Positions 1 to 10,953 of a stretch of 47,264 nucleotides of DNA are shown here, one piece after another (within the stretch, counting starts at the first letter, position 1; the number at the start of each line of letters is the position of its first letter). A program made the translations under genes and the position numbers. The notes beneath the pieces were generated by a model. The model was not told where the DNA came from. It made no database searches and saw only the letters and a list, made by a program, of their open reading frames with translations. Source of the stretch: Candidatus Binatia bacterium (GTDB lineage: Bacteria > Desulfobacterota > Binatia > Bin18); assembly GCA_963666315.2 (NCBI GenBank), contig CAXXHG010000029.1, forward strand, positions 1-47,264, written 5' to 3'.

Positions 1-83
1 ATGGATCACTCCGTGATAAAAATGATCCCGAGACTGCTCCCCATCGGGGGTTTGTTGCGTGTCTTTTTCCACGGTGAGGCCGA

Positions 84-1790
84 TTAGGCAAAGAGCATTT
101 CGTGCACGGCCTTGCCTGTGGGCACCATGGGAAAGACGCCTGCACTCTTGGGAATGAGGAGCTCAACCAAAACCGGCCCCGGCTCTGCAAAGGCAGCCTG
201 TAACGTCGCGGACAGCTCGGACGTCTTTTCAGCCCGGAACCCCTTGGCGCCATAGGCTTCGGCGAGTTTCACAAAGTCCGGCATGGCCTCCATATACGAG
301 TGTGCATAGCGTTCTTCGTGAAATTTTTCTTGCCACTGTCGGACCATGCCCAGATAGTGGTTGTTGAGTATCACAACTTTGACCGGGACCTGGTACTGCA
401 CGGCACAGGCGAGTTCCTGCATATTCATCTGGATGCTGCCGTCACCACTAATCACCACAACTTGGCGGTCGGGCGCGGCAAAGTGCGCACCAATGCCCGC
501 CGGCAAGCCATAGCCCATGGTGCCCAGTCCGCCAGACGTCAACCACGAGCGCGGCCGATTAAACGCCATCATCTGAGCGGCCCACATCTGATGTTGGCCC
601 ACGTCAGTCACGACGATGGCTTTGCCCTTAGTGAGCCGGTTAATCTCTTCGAACACCCCCCGCGGAAGGATTTCACCGTTCGCGCCCTGCACATCATACG
701 GGAGCGGCCTTTTCCGTTTCCAGTCCATGATTCGCTTATGCCAGGCGGCCCATTTTTTCTGACTCGTCGCCAGTTGCTCTTGGCTCTTCACCTTCGCCAG
801 CATGACCTGCAGCACTTCTTTGATGTCGCCCACAATGGGAACATCGACTCGGATATTCTTACTGATAGACGAGGGATCAATATCGATGTGGACTATCTTC
901 TTCGCTTTTGGTGCAAAACTATCTGTCCGGCCCGTCACCCGGTCGTCAAAACGCGCGCCCACCGCAATAAGCGCATCGCAGTCCTGCACCGCCATGTTGG
1001 TCCAGTAGCCACCGTGCATACCCAACATGCCGAGGCACAGCGGGTCATCGCTGGGATACACCCCAAGGGCCATGACCGTCGTGGTAATGGGGACCTTGAG
1101 TCCGCGGACAAGCTGGGTGAGCAGCTCGGCTGCACCAGACCACTGGACTCCACCGCCCACATAGAAGAGCGGACGTTCGGCCTGTTCGATGACCTCAAGC
1201 GCCCGATCAATCTGCCGGGCATTCCCCTTGAGCGTGGGCTTATAGCCTCGCAAACTGACTGTTTTGGGATAGGAAAACACGGCTTCGTTGTTTTGCACAT
1301 CCTTGGGCAGATCGATCAAAACCGGGCCGGGTCGGCCACTGCCGGCAATATGAAAGGCTTCTTTAATGGTCCGCGCAATATCGTTCACATCACGAATCAG
1401 ATAATTGTGCTTGGTGCACGGACGGGTAATGCCGGTCACATCGGCTTCTTGAAACGCATCGTTGCCTATCAGATTCGTCGGCACCTGACCGCATATGACC
1501 ACAAGCGGGGTCGAATCCATATAGGCATCGGCGATACCGGTGACCGTATTCGTCGCCCCCGGCCCTGAGGTTACGAGAACCACACCGGGCCGGCCTGATA
1601 CGCGTGCATACCCCTCGGCCATATGCACAGCACCTTGTTCATGCCGAACCAGGATGTGACGCAGGGCCGGGTTCTGCACTAAGGCATCATATGTCGGCAA
1701 AATCGCCCCGCCAGGGTAACCAAAGATGGTATCTACCCCCTCGGCTAGCAGACTTTCAATCGTGATCTGTGCACCAGTCATTTTTGCCAT
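84..1790 (-). CDS. ilvB: Acetolactate synthase (AHAS) large subunit, biosynthetic type
   Basis: 568 aa; FGYPGGAILP, RHEQGA, TSGPGATN, TDVGQHQMW, SGGLGTMGYGLP and TPP-binding GDGS...NN motifs. Confidence 0.95.
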   Translation of the reverse strand: MAKMTGAQITIESLLAEGVDTIFGYPGGAILPTYDALVQNPALRHILVRHEQGAVHMAEGYARVSGRPGVVLVTSGPGATNTVTGIADAYMDSTPLVVICGQVPTNLIGNDAFQEADVTGITRPCTKHNYLIRDVNDIARTIKEAFHIAGSGRPGPVLIDLPKDVQNNEAVFSYPKTVSLRGYKPTLKGNARQIDRALEVIEQAERPLFYVGGGVQWSGAAELLTQLVRGLKVPITTTVMALGVYPSDDPLCLGMLGMHGGYWTNMAVQDCDALIAVGARFDDRVTGRTDSFAPKAKKIVHIDIDPSSISKNIRVDVPIVGDIKEVLQVMLAKVKSQEQLATSQKKWAAWHKRIMDWKRKRPLPYDVQGANGEILPRGVFEEINRLTKGKAIVVTDVGQHQMWAAQMMAFNRPRSWLTSGGLGTMGYGLPAGIGAHFAAPDRQVVVISGDGSIQMNMQELACAVQYQVPVKVVILNNHYLGMVRQWQEKFHEERYAHSYMEAMPDFVKLAEAYGAKGFRAEKTSELSATLQAAFAEPGPVLVELLIPKSAGVFPMVPTGKAVHEMLFA

Positions 1791-1822
1791 TTTTGCCTCT
1801 ATCTCTTCTCACCCGACACGTG

Positions 1823-1850
1823 ATTATACGGGGGCCGGGGAAAAACGCAA
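1823..1850 (-). promoter_or_regulatory. Putative sigma70 promoter of ilvB
   Basis: Minus strand TTGCGT-16 nt-TATAAT, about 30 nt upstream of the ilvB start. Confidence 0.5.
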
Positions 1851-1953
1851 GGAAATATATACGACTGAATATTCCCTTGACAGAATAGCTCAATCTCCGC
1901 TATTTGTTAGTCCCTGGTAACTTTCGACCTCGATACATTCGGTGGAGCTAGGT

Positions 1954-2494
1954 ATGGAACTCGACAACCTCGACACCTTGGATATGCATATCCTGTCCGT
2001 CTTGCAGGACAACTGCAAACTTCCCCTGGTCAAAATCGGTGAACGGGTGGGTCTGTCCGCTCCATCCGTCATAGAACGCATTAAGAAGCTGGAAGAGGGC
2101 GGCGTCATACGAGGCTATACCGCTATCTTAGACGCGCGCAAGCTGGGGAAGGATATTACAGCGTTTATCGGAGTTTCGATTAACCATCCCACGCTTATTA
2201 CGAAGTTTGAAACAAAAATTGCTGGTTTATGAAGATATTCAGGAATGTCACCATGTGACAGGCGAATACACTTTACTCCTCAAGGTCAAAGCCAATAATG
2301 CCACCAGCCTTGAGGAACTCATTCGCCAAATTCGCTCCATTGAAGGCGTTGAACGAACGGAGACCTCCGTCGTCCTGTCTACATACACAGAGGGCTTGTG
2401 GTTGGCACTCGAATCTCAGGACGTTTTAGAAGGCACGCGGCGCGAAGAGAACGGGACTGTATCGTTGGCGCTCAAGGCAAGACGCAGCGCATAG
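1954..2494 (+). CDS. lrp: Lrp/AsnC family transcriptional regulator (split by a +1 frameshift near 2226-2230, probably a sequencing error)
   Basis: HTH part LDTLDMHILSVLQDNCKLPLVKIGERVGLSAPSVIERIKKLEEGGVIRGY, then RAM domain ECHHVTGEYTLLLKV in the next frame; removing one T at GGTTTATGAA rejoins them. Confidence 0.85.
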
Positions 2495-2511
2495 CGCTAT
2501 GCGCTGCGTCT
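2480..2511. repeat. Perfect 32-bp palindrome over the lrp stop codon
   Basis: AGACGCAGCGCATAGC|GCTATGCGCTGCGTCT with no spacer. Confidence 0.9.
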
Positions 2512-2632
2512 CAACCCAGATCGAGGCAGACCTCAGAGTTGAGACTAGAAGGCGAGCTCGGGGATATAACACACCAAGAACGATTACGGCAGCATGTTGT
2601 TGAGTGAGGAAAGGGCTATAAAAGGGCTATAT

Positions 2633-5600
2633 ATGACACACGCCGGTATGCCCCGCAAACAAGGACTTTACGATCCACGTTTTGAGCATGACGCGTGCGG
2701 CATTGGTTTTGTCGTCAACATTAAGGGCAAACGGTCGCACCGCGTTCTTGAACAGGCCTTAACTGTTCTCATGAACTTGGATCATCGTGGCGCACGCGGC
2801 TGTGAAGAAGGCACTGGGGACGGCGCGGGCATCCTGCTCCAGGTTCCGCATGATTTTCTTCAACACTCCTGCGAAGGGCTGGGATTTCAGCTCCCCAAAC
2901 CCGGTCAGTACGGCATCGGTATGGTCTACCTCCCCCCGGACAGGGAGCAGCGGCACCAGTGCGAGCGTATGCTCGACACCATCATACGCGAGGAAGGGCA
3001 ACAGGTGCTGGGGTGGCGGAGCGTTCCCACTGACAATGCGTACTTGGGAGAAACAGCAAAGGCGTGTGAACCGTTTATCAGCCAGGTTTTTATCGGACGC
3101 AATGCTACCCTTGGCGGCGACCTCGCCTTTGAGCGCAAGCTGTATATTATCCGCCGCCGGGTCACCAATGCGATCCGGTACGGCGGTGTGCCTGGTGGGG
3201 AGTATTTCTATATTCCCAGCATGTCGTACAAAACGCTCATCTATAAGGGCATGCTCACCCCGCAACAGCTTGAGACCTTTTATCCGGATCTATCCGACCC
3301 GCGCGTGGAGACCGCTATTGCGCTCATCCATTCCCGCTTCAGCACCAACACCTTTCCAAGCTGGGAACGCTCGCATCCCTACCGTTACCTGATTCACAAT
3401 GGCGAAATTAATACGCTCCGCGGCAATGTGAACTGGATGCATGCCCGCCAGGCGATGATGGCCTCAGAGCTGTTCGGCGACGACCTGGCTAAGGTCTTCC
3501 CGGTAATCTTGGAAGACGGCAGTGACTCCGCAATCTTTGATAACTGCCTAGAGTTTTTAGCTTTAAGCGGCCGCTCGCTGCCGCATGCCATAATGATGAT
3601 GATCCCGGAACCGTGGGAGAATCATAAAAGCATGCCTGACGAGAAGCGCGCGTTCTACGAATACCATAGCTGTCTGATAGAGCCGTGGGATGGTCCGGCC
3701 TCAATCGCCTTCACAGATGGGACGCGGGTCGGTGCGGTACTAGACCGGAATGGACTGCGCCCGTCTCGATATTATGTCACCAAAGATGATTTGGTCATTA
3801 TGGGCTCCGAAGTCGGCGTTCTGGAAGTAGAACCAGAGCGAGTTTTAGAGAAGCGTCGTCTGCAGCCCGGCCGGATGTTCTTAGTTGATACGGAGGAAGG
3901 GCGCATTATTAGCGATGAAGAGCTGAAGCAGGCGGTGGTTTCCGCGCAGCCGTATCGGCAGTGGTTAAACGAGCACACCGTCTATTTTGACCAACTGCCC
4001 AATATTCCCGAAGAGCAACCGGCATATGACCATGACCCCACCCTCCAACGCCTCCAAGCATTTGGGTATAGCTTTGAGGACCTGCGGATCAATATCGGTC
4101 CTATGGCGGTGAATAAAATCCAACCGATAGGCTCGATGGGCACCGATACGCCGCTCGCGGTTCTGTCGGATAAACCCCAGCTTTTGTACAACTACTTCAA
4201 ACAGATTTTTGCCCAGGTCACCAATCCGCCTATCGATCCGATTCGGGAAGAGCTGGTGACTTCAACAACGCTGACTCTGGGGCCTGAGGGCAATCTGATC
4301 GGGGCTCGGCCGAACAGTTGTCGCCAGGTCCGGTTATCTATTCCGATTCTGAAAAATTCGGAATTACAAAAGCTGCGTCAGGTTGATCTGCGGGGACTGA
4401 AAGTCGTCACCTTGCCGATCCTTTTCAATCCGACAGCAGGACAAGCTGAACTTGAGCACGCACTCGAAGAACTCTTCCAAGCCGCGGACAAGGCCATTAC
4501 AGACGGGGCGGCCATTCTGATTCTGTCGGATAGAGACGTTGATCAGAAACGTGCGCCGATGCCTGCCCTGCTCGCCTCCTCCAGCTTGCATCATCATCTC
4601 ATCCGGGCGGGCACACGGACACGTGTCGGGCTCGTGCTCGAATCGGGCGAGCCACGCGAAGTGCATCACTTCTGTCTGCTGCTGGGGTACGGCATTCAGG
4701 CCGTTAATCCCTATATGGTCTACGAATGCCTGCATGACATGATCGGCGAGGGCATGCTGACGAGTATTTCCTATGCTGACGCCGTCAGTGGCTATATCAA
4801 AGCTGCCGTCAAGGGTGTGGTCAAAGTCATGTCCAAGATGGGGATTTCTACGATTAAGTCCTACTGTGGAGCCCAAATTTTTGAAGCCGTGGGTCTGGGG
4901 CAGGAGCTGGTCGATAAATATTTTACCTGGACCCCGTCTCGGGTGGGCGGGATTCAGCTGGCCGAAATCGCGCGTGAAGCCAGGCAGCAACACGCCAAGG
5001 CCTTCCCCGCCATTCCAGTCCGTGGCCGGACTCTCGAGGTCCATGGCCAGTATCAGTTCCGCAAAGATGGGGAACTGCACTTATTCAATCCACGCACCGT
5101 CCACCTGCTTCAAAAGGCGTGTCGTACGAATGACTACGCAATCTTTAAGGAATACGCCCGACTCATCGATGACCAGTCAGAACGGATGGCCACGCTGCGC
5201 GGCTTGCTGGAACTCAAACCCGCGCCAGAGCCCGTTCCGCTTGACGAAGTGGAATCGATTGAAGCCATCACCAAGCGCTTTAAGACAGGAGCCATGTCGT
5301 ATGGCTCCATCGGCCGGGAAGCGCACGAATCGCTCGCCATTGCCATGAACCGCATCGGCGGCAAGAGCAATACCGGCGAAGGGGGCGAAGACGCAGCACG
5401 CTATACGCCCGACCCGAACGGAGACTCGCGCAACAGCGCCATTAAGCAGGTTGCGTCAGGGCGCTTTGGTGTCACCAGCGAATACCTCACCCAAGCGCAA
5501 GAACTCCAGATCAAAATGGCACAGGGTGCCAAGCCGGGCGAAGGCGGAGAGCTGCCGGGCAGGAAAGTCTATCCCTGGATTGCCAAGGTGCGGCTCTCAA

Positions 5601-7231
5601 CACCTGGGGTCGGTCTGATTTCGCCCCCACCCCACCACGACATCTATTCTATTGAAGACTTAGCCCAGTTGATTCATGACCTGAAAAACGCCAACCACAA
5701 AGCCCGCATCAGCGTCAAATTGGTCTCTGAGATCGGCGTTGGTACCATTGCGGCCGGCGTGGCCAAAGGGCATGCCGACGTTGTACTCATCAGTGGCCAC
5801 GATGGCGGGACAGGCGCCTCGCCACAAACCAGCATTAAGCATGCGGGTTTGCCGTGGGAGCTCGGGGTGGCGGAAACACATCAAACGCTGCTGCTCAACA
5901 ACTTGCGCAGCCGCATTGTGATTGAGACAGACGGGCAGCTGAAAACCGGACGCGATGTCGTGATCGCCGCCCTCCTCGGCGCAGAAGAGTTTGGCTTTGC
6001 TACAGCTGCCCTCGTGTCGTTGGGTTGCATCATGATGCGCGTGTGTCACCTCGATACCTGCCCGGTCGGAGTGGCTACCCAGAATCCGGTGCTGCGTAAA
6101 AAATTCACCGGCGACCCGTCGCATGCGGTCAACTTCATGCATTTCGTTGCTCAGGAGATGCGGGAGCATATGGCCCAACTGGGCTTTCGCACTGTCAATG
6201 AAATGATCGGACGGACAGACAAAATTGAACCCAGACAGGCTATTGAGCACTGGAAGGCCAAAGGCTTGGATTACACGGACATTCTGTACCAACCCGAAGT
6301 TGGGCCGGAGATCGGTCGCTACTGTCAGATTGCCCAGAATCATGGACTAGAGAATTCGCTTGATAATCAGACCCTGCTTGACCTTGCTGAGCCGGCTTTG
6401 GAGCGCCAAGAAAAGGTCAAAGCCACCCTGCCCATACAGAACGTCAACCGGGTAGTAGGAACAATCGTAGGCAGTGAAATCACGCGTCGTTACGGCCCTG
6501 AAGGGTTGCCTGAGGATACGATACACTTTCATTTTCAGGGTTCTGCCGGGCAGAGTTTTAGTGCGTTTGTGCCGCCCGGTATGACCCTTGAACTGGAAGG
6601 CGATGCCAATGATTACCTCGGCAAGGGCCTGTCTGGAGGGAAAGTCATTCTGTATCCACCAGCAGGGTCCACCTTTGTCCCGGAGCAGAACATCATTGTT
6701 GGCAATGTTGCCTTTTATGGCGCAACAGCAGGCGAGGCATATATCCGAGGGATGGCCGGCGAGCGCTTTTGTGTCCGCAACAGCGGTGTCCGGGCAGTCG
6801 TAGAAGGCGTGGGGGATCATGGCTGTGAGTATATGACCGGCGGCCGCGCGCTGGTCATAGGCGAGACGGGACGAAACTTCGCAGCCGGTATGTCGGGCGG
6901 TATTGCCTACGTACTCGATGAGAATGACACTTTTAGTGATCTCTGTAATCTTGAGACGGTGACACTCGAACCCCTGGAAGAAAGCGACCTGGATGAGGTC
7001 AGGACGATGTTGCAGCAGCATGCCGCCTATACCCAGAGCGCGCACGCCTTACAGATTCTTGCTGACTGGGATGAGGACGGCCGGAAATTCGTCAAAGTCT
7101 TACCCAGAGATTATCAACGCATGCTCACCGCAATTGCGCAAGCAGAACAGGAGGGACTTATTGGGGAGGATGCCGTCATGGCCGCTTTTGAGGCCAATAA
7201 GAATGCAGCCGCGCGCGTCAGCGGCAACTAA
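2633..7231 (+). CDS. gltB: Glutamate synthase large subunit
   Basis: [16 protein letters not shown] (Ntn Cys1), [43 protein letters not shown] 3Fe-4S motif, GXGXG C-terminal domain; the ORF is open from 2594, ATG 2633 preferred. Confidence 0.97.
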   Translation: MTHAGMPRKQGLYDPRFEHDACGIGFVVNIKGKRSHRVLEQALTVLMNLDHRGARGCEEGTGDGAGILLQVPHDFLQHSCEGLGFQLPKPGQYGIGMVYLPPDREQRHQCERMLDTIIREEGQQVLGWRSVPTDNAYLGETAKACEPFISQVFIGRNATLGGDLAFERKLYIIRRRVTNAIRYGGVPGGEYFYIPSMSYKTLIYKGMLTPQQLETFYPDLSDPRVETAIALIHSRFSTNTFPSWERSHPYRYLIHNGEINTLRGNVNWMHARQAMMASELFGDDLAKVFPVILEDGSDSAIFDNCLEFLALSGRSLPHAIMMMIPEPWENHKSMPDEKRAFYEYHSCLIEPWDGPASIAFTDGTRVGAVLDRNGLRPSRYYVTKDDLVIMGSEVGVLEVEPERVLEKRRLQPGRMFLVDTEEGRIISDEELKQAVVSAQPYRQWLNEHTVYFDQLPNIPEEQPAYDHDPTLQRLQAFGYSFEDLRINIGPMAVNKIQPIGSMGTDTPLAVLSDKPQLLYNYFKQIFAQVTNPPIDPIREELVTSTTLTLGPEGNLIGARPNSCRQVRLSIPILKNSELQKLRQVDLRGLKVVTLPILFNPTAGQAELEHALEELFQAADKAITDGAAILILSDRDVDQKRAPMPALLASSSLHHHLIRAGTRTRVGLVLESGEPREVHHFCLLLGYGIQAVNPYMVYECLHDMIGEGMLTSISYADAVSGYIKAAVKGVVKVMSKMGISTIKSYCGAQIFEAVGLGQELVDKYFTWTPSRVGGIQLAEIAREARQQHAKAFPAIPVRGRTLEVHGQYQFRKDGELHLFNPRTVHLLQKACRTNDYAIFKEYARLIDDQSERMATLRGLLELKPAPEPVPLDEVESIEAITKRFKTGAMSYGSIGREAHESLAIAMNRIGGKSNTGEGGEDAARYTPDPNGDSRNSAIKQVASGRFGVTSEYLTQAQELQIKMAQGAKPGEGGELPGRKVYPWIAKVRLSTPGVGLISPPPHHDIYSIEDLAQLIHDLKNANHKARISVKLVSEIGVGTIAAGVAKGHADVVLISGHDGGTGASPQTSIKHAGLPWELGVAETHQTLLLNNLRSRIVIETDGQLKTGRDVVIAALLGAEEFGFATAALVSLGCIMMRVCHLDTCPVGVATQNPVLRKKFTGDPSHAVNFMHFVAQEMREHMAQLGFRTVNEMIGRTDKIEPRQAIEHWKAKGLDYTDILYQPEVGPEIGRYCQIAQNHGLENSLDNQTLLDLAEPALERQEKVKATLPIQNVNRVVGTIVGSEITRRYGPEGLPEDTIHFHFQGSAGQSFSAFVPPGMTLELEGDANDYLGKGLSGGKVILYPPAGSTFVPEQNIIVGNVAFYGATAGEAYIRGMAGERFCVRNSGVRAVVEGVGDHGCEYMTGGRALVIGETGRNFAAGMSGGIAYVLDENDTFSDLCNLETVTLEPLEESDLDEVRTMLQQHAAYTQSAHALQILADWDEDGRKFVKVLPRDYQRMLTAIAQAEQEGLIGEDAVMAAFEANKNAAARVSGN

Positions 7232-7295
7232 TGACAACTAATTATTAGATTCAAGACGACGAGCAAGACGCACAGGGTGAGTGAAGGAAGAGAGT

Positions 7296-8780
7296 ATGGG
7301 GAAGCCGACCGGGTTCATGGAATATCAGCGTGAGTTGCCATCAGACCGCTCACCGCTGGAGCGCATCAACGACTGGAAGGAGTTTCACCAACATTTCCCT
7401 GACAGCAAGCTCCAGCAACAGGCCGGGCGGTGTATGGACTGCGGTATTCCGTTCTGTCACACCGGCACACTCATCGGTGGACTGGCTTCAGGCTGCCCGG
7501 TTAATAATCTCATCCCTGAATGGAATGACTTGGTGTACCAAGGACTGTGGCGAGAAGCGCTTGAGCGGCTGCATAAGACCAATAACTTCCCGGAATTCAC
7601 CGGGCGGGTCTGTCCGGCGCCGTGTGAAGGGTCATGTGTTCTGGGCATCAGCGATCCAGCGGTGACTATTAAGAATATTGAGGCTTCCATTGTGGATCGT
7701 GGTTTTGCTGAAGGCTGGATCACGCCCCAACCGCCTCAGAAACGAACGGGGAAGAAAGTCGCCGTTGTGGGCTCGGGTCCGTCAGGACTCTCCTGTGCGG
7801 CACAGCTCAACAAGGCGGGCCATTTGGTCACGGTGTACGAGCGGGCCGACCGAATCGGTGGGCTGCTCATGTACGGCATCCCCAATATGAAACTCGATAA
7901 AGCTCTCGTACAGCGGCGCATTGACATTCTGGCCGAAGAAGGCATCACGTTTGTCACAAATACCGCCATTGGCGTCGATATCCCGGCCACGCAACTCCAA
8001 CAAGATTTTGATGCCGTCGTGTTGTGTAGTGGCGCAACCAAGCCACGCGACCTGCCGGCGGCAGGACGCGACCTGAAAGGCATTCATTTTGCGATGGAGT
8101 TTCTGCACGCCAATACTAAAAGCCTCCTCGACTCGAACTATACCGATGGTGCGTATATTTCCGCCACAGACAAAAATGTAATCGTCATCGGCGGTGGTGA
8201 TACCGGGACTGACTGTGTGGGCACGTCGCTACGGCACAAATGCAAAACACTCACCCAGTTTGAGATTCTGCCTCAGCCTTCGCTAGAACGGCAGCCGGAC
8301 AATCCCTGGCCGGAGTGGCCGAAGGTTCTTCGGATTGATTATGGGCAAGAAGAGGCGGCTGCCCGCTTTGGCGACGACCCACGGATTTATTTGATACAGA
8401 CCGAGAAGTTTGTTGCGAATACTGACGGCCACGTGAAGGAACTGCATACGGTAGAGATTGAGTGGGCGAAAAACGAGAACGGCGCGTTCATTCCAAAACC
8501 CATATCCGGCACGGAAAAAGTGTGGCCGGCCGATCTCATCCTCTTAGCCATGGGCTTTCTTGGCCCAGAAGATCCCATCTTGCAACAACTCGACGTTGAA
8601 CGCGACCCTCGTTCCAATGCGAAAGCTGTGTACGGAAAATACCAGACCAATGTAGACGGCGTGTTTGCGGCCGGAGATATCCGTCGAGGACAGAGTCTGG
8701 TAGTTTGGGCCTTTAACGAAGGACGCGGCGCGGCCAGAGAAGTAGACCGGTATCTCATGGGCGCAACAGACCTGCCGTAA
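7296..8780 (+). CDS. gltD: Glutamate synthase small subunit
   Basis: [66 protein letters not shown]. Confidence 0.97.
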   Translation: MGKPTGFMEYQRELPSDRSPLERINDWKEFHQHFPDSKLQQQAGRCMDCGIPFCHTGTLIGGLASGCPVNNLIPEWNDLVYQGLWREALERLHKTNNFPEFTGRVCPAPCEGSCVLGISDPAVTIKNIEASIVDRGFAEGWITPQPPQKRTGKKVAVVGSGPSGLSCAAQLNKAGHLVTVYERADRIGGLLMYGIPNMKLDKALVQRRIDILAEEGITFVTNTAIGVDIPATQLQQDFDAVVLCSGATKPRDLPAAGRDLKGIHFAMEFLHANTKSLLDSNYTDGAYISATDKNVIVIGGGDTGTDCVGTSLRHKCKTLTQFEILPQPSLERQPDNPWPEWPKVLRIDYGQEEAAARFGDDPRIYLIQTEKFVANTDGHVKELHTVEIEWAKNENGAFIPKPISGTEKVWPADLILLAMGFLGPEDPILQQLDVERDPRSNAKAVYGKYQTNVDGVFAAGDIRRGQSLVVWAFNEGRGAAREVDRYLMGATDLP

Positions 8781-8850
8781 GGGAAGTACACTAAGGGAAG
8801 CAGACTGCCAGCCGATCGTTTCTGCATACCGTTCGAGAGGAGTATAGGCC

Positions 8851-9105
8851 ACGCAATCTATCACCGTGTATTCAATGGACTATTGAGGCTTCTGCACGGC
8901 AGCAAAGGCTTTGCTGACAAAAAAAGGAATTCCATTCGAAGACATTGATGTCTCCGACGATCCGGCCCTGCGCGAAGAGATCGCCCAGCGCTCGGGCCAG
9001 CGAACCGTACCCCAAATTTTCATTGGTGACGAGTCGATCGGCGGATTCATGGAGTTGCAGACACTGGAAGTCAGCGGCGAGTTGGATGACCTCCTGGCTG
9101 ATTAA
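8851..9105 (+). CDS. grxC: Glutaredoxin 3-like protein, probable selenoprotein (active site U-G-F-C, TGA at 8884-8886)
   Basis: Frame reads (ACG)QSITVYSMDY-TGA-GFCTAAKALLTKKGIPFEDIDV...SGQRTVPQIFIGDESIGGFMEL. The TGA is codon 12, the first Cys position of the GrxC CxxC. GAGGAG RBS lies 8 nt before the ACG at 8851. Confidence 0.88.
8900..8916 (+). promoter_or_regulatory. Candidate bacterial SECIS hairpin of the glutaredoxin
   Basis: CAGCAAA-GGC-TTTGCTG; G-initiated loop with a 20-nt spacer after the TGA. Confidence 0.6.
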
Positions 9106-9214
9106 AGCATGGCGAAGCAACGCTTCACCCATCCTCTTTTCCCCCTCTCTTCGCTTTTCCTGTCTGAGAGACCTTGCTATATCTCCCCCTACATTAATGT
9201 AAGGAGGGGATGGC

Positions 9215-9523
9215 ATGGCGCTCTATCTCGATGAAGTTTGGCTAAAAGATCCGAGCCCGGAGCGGATGAAAGAATTCGTGCGCTTGATCGGCTCAGCCGC
9301 AAAGAATCCAGCCTCAGTCGGCGCGCCCCAGGAGGTGCGTTTTGTTGCCGGACCTTGGGCATCGAATGAAGAAGCAAAAGTCATATTCGTTGTTGATATC
9401 CCGGATCATACTCCGACCTACCAAATTTTCGGCAGGCTCCTTTCAACAGGCTTAGTCGAAAAACGCCGTCTCACTCCGATTGTTGAGTGGGGCGAGGTCG
9501 AGAAGATGGTGGAGCAATTGTAG
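9215..9523 (+). CDS. Small hypothetical protein, possibly DUF3303-like (dimeric alpha/beta barrel)
   Basis: 102 aa ORF with AGGAGG RBS; family guess from the GPW...VIFVVD...RLTPIV pattern. Confidence 0.6.
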   Translation: MALYLDEVWLKDPSPERMKEFVRLIGSAAKNPASVGAPQEVRFVAGPWASNEEAKVIFVVDIPDHTPTYQIFGRLLSTGLVEKRRLTPIVEWGEVEKMVEQL

Positions 9524-9566
9524 CGATCCATCATGAGGATTGACCCGGCTCAGGGCTCATCCACAG

Positions 9567-10025
9567 TCAGCCGCTGGGGGGAGGTTGGACCATCTCCAGA
9601 ACGATCTGGTCAGAGTCCCAAAAGTAGCAGGTGTAACCACCCTGGTTGACTCCTGCGGTGATGGCGTTGGGTGGCGAGAAGAAATGGACGCCATCGGCCT
9701 TGAGCTGCTCGTAACGAGAGTGGATGTCTGTGACTGTGAGTGCCAGGTGAGCCTCGCCGGGATTGCATATATCCGGCTTCTGCCGCTTTCCCTTTGGGTG
9801 AACGTACTCAACTAACTCAAGATCGTGGCTCGACACACCACGAGGCTGCCCCGGGATTATGAACTGGGCCACCTTTAGGTGGGCGTTCTCATATCCAACC
9901 AGGCGGCTCGTATATGCATTGGCCTGCTCCTGGACAAGCAGCAGCTCGAGTCCGAGCTGCTTGTAGAAGGCAATTGATCGCTCAAGGTCTGAGACGGTCA
10001 GGCTGAAGTGCCAGACGCCCAACAT
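9567..10025 (-). CDS. VOC/glyoxalase family protein
   Basis: MLGVWHFSLTVSDLERSIAFY...LELVEY...HLALTVTD...YFWDSDQIVLEMVQ. Confidence 0.85.
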   Translation of the reverse strand: MLGVWHFSLTVSDLERSIAFYKQLGLELLLVQEQANAYTSRLVGYENAHLKVAQFIIPGQPRGVSSHDLELVEYVHPKGKRQKPDICNPGEAHLALTVTDIHSRYEQLKADGVHFFSPPNAITAGVNQGGYTCYFWDSDQIVLEMVQPPPSG

Positions 10026-10065
10026 GGCAATCTCCTCATCGATACTTCCCCTCAGCTGCTTCCAC

Positions 10066-10839
10066 TCAGTCAAATGCCAGCCCGCCGCACACGTTGAGCG
10101 CTTGGCCGGTGACATAGCTCGCCGCATCCGACAGGAGAAACCAAATAGCCTCCGCAACCTCCTGGGGACTTTCGATGCGTCCCAGTGGAATAGTGTCAGT
10201 CAGACCGGCGAGCGATTCTTCTACGCTGATGCCTCGTCGTGCCGCACGTTCGACATGGATATCACGAGTCATTGCGGTCTCTACCACTCCGGGGCAGACC
10301 GCATTCACGTGGATGTCGGCAGAAGCAAGACTGACGGCAGCGGAGCGGACCAAACTGGTGAGACCGGCTTTGCTGGCTGCATAGTCGCTGCTATCGGCAC
10401 GTGGGCCGCGCCCGGCCACTGACGCAACCATCACAATACGGCCGGGCCGGTCAGCCTCGACAAGGTGACGAGCGATGGCCTGGATGCTGAAGAACGCGCC
10501 GGTCAGATTCACGTCGAACGTCCGACGCCACTAACGCGGCGACAGCTCAAGGAAGTCGCCGATGTCGACAATGCCGGCGGTATACACAAGCCGACTGACG
10601 ACACCGAACTCGGCACGCGCCTGATCAATCAAAGAGGCATCGGTCACGTCGACGCTTTAGGCAAGGGCCGGTGTGTTGAGACTCGCGACACTCGCCTCCG
10701 CGCGCACATAGTCGATATCAGCAGCAATAATAGGGAAACCTTGGTCGGCGATCTTGGCGACGACAGCGCTGCCTATGCCCCCGCACCCAATCACCACAGC
10801 TGCTCCGTCAATGAACTCAGGTGACTCATGCCCTGCCAT
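10066..10839 (-). pseudogene. SDR family oxidoreductase pseudogene with two in-frame nonsense codons
   Basis: GCGGIG Rossmann motif, YAASK, VNAVCPGVVET, GQALNVCGG all in one frame, interrupted by TAA (10657-10659) and TAG (10531-10533). Confidence 0.8.
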
Positions 10840-10953
10840 CGCATCCACTCCTAGCGCGACCAAGCGCTGTGACCGAACGACCTAGGCCTGTGAGTTTGGG
10901 CAGTCTACACAGAAAATCATATACGCCTCTCAGCAACAGTCTGTAGCTGCCCC

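Noticed and set aside
300-1568. 422-aa antisense ORF over ilvB, and similar shadow ORFs over gltB, nuoF and others
   Set aside because: No recognisable motifs; long antisense frames are expected from codon bias in GC-rich genes
2230-2232. TGA ending the first lrp ORF as a third Sec codon
   Set aside because: Homology continues in another frame, and the position is not a Cys site; this is a frameshift
2461-2584. glnA (glutamine) riboswitch upstream of gltB
   Set aside because: ATCGTT/AACGAT resembles its P1, but the GGAAGUA/GAAG E-loop junction is missing and a possible -10 lies inside the region
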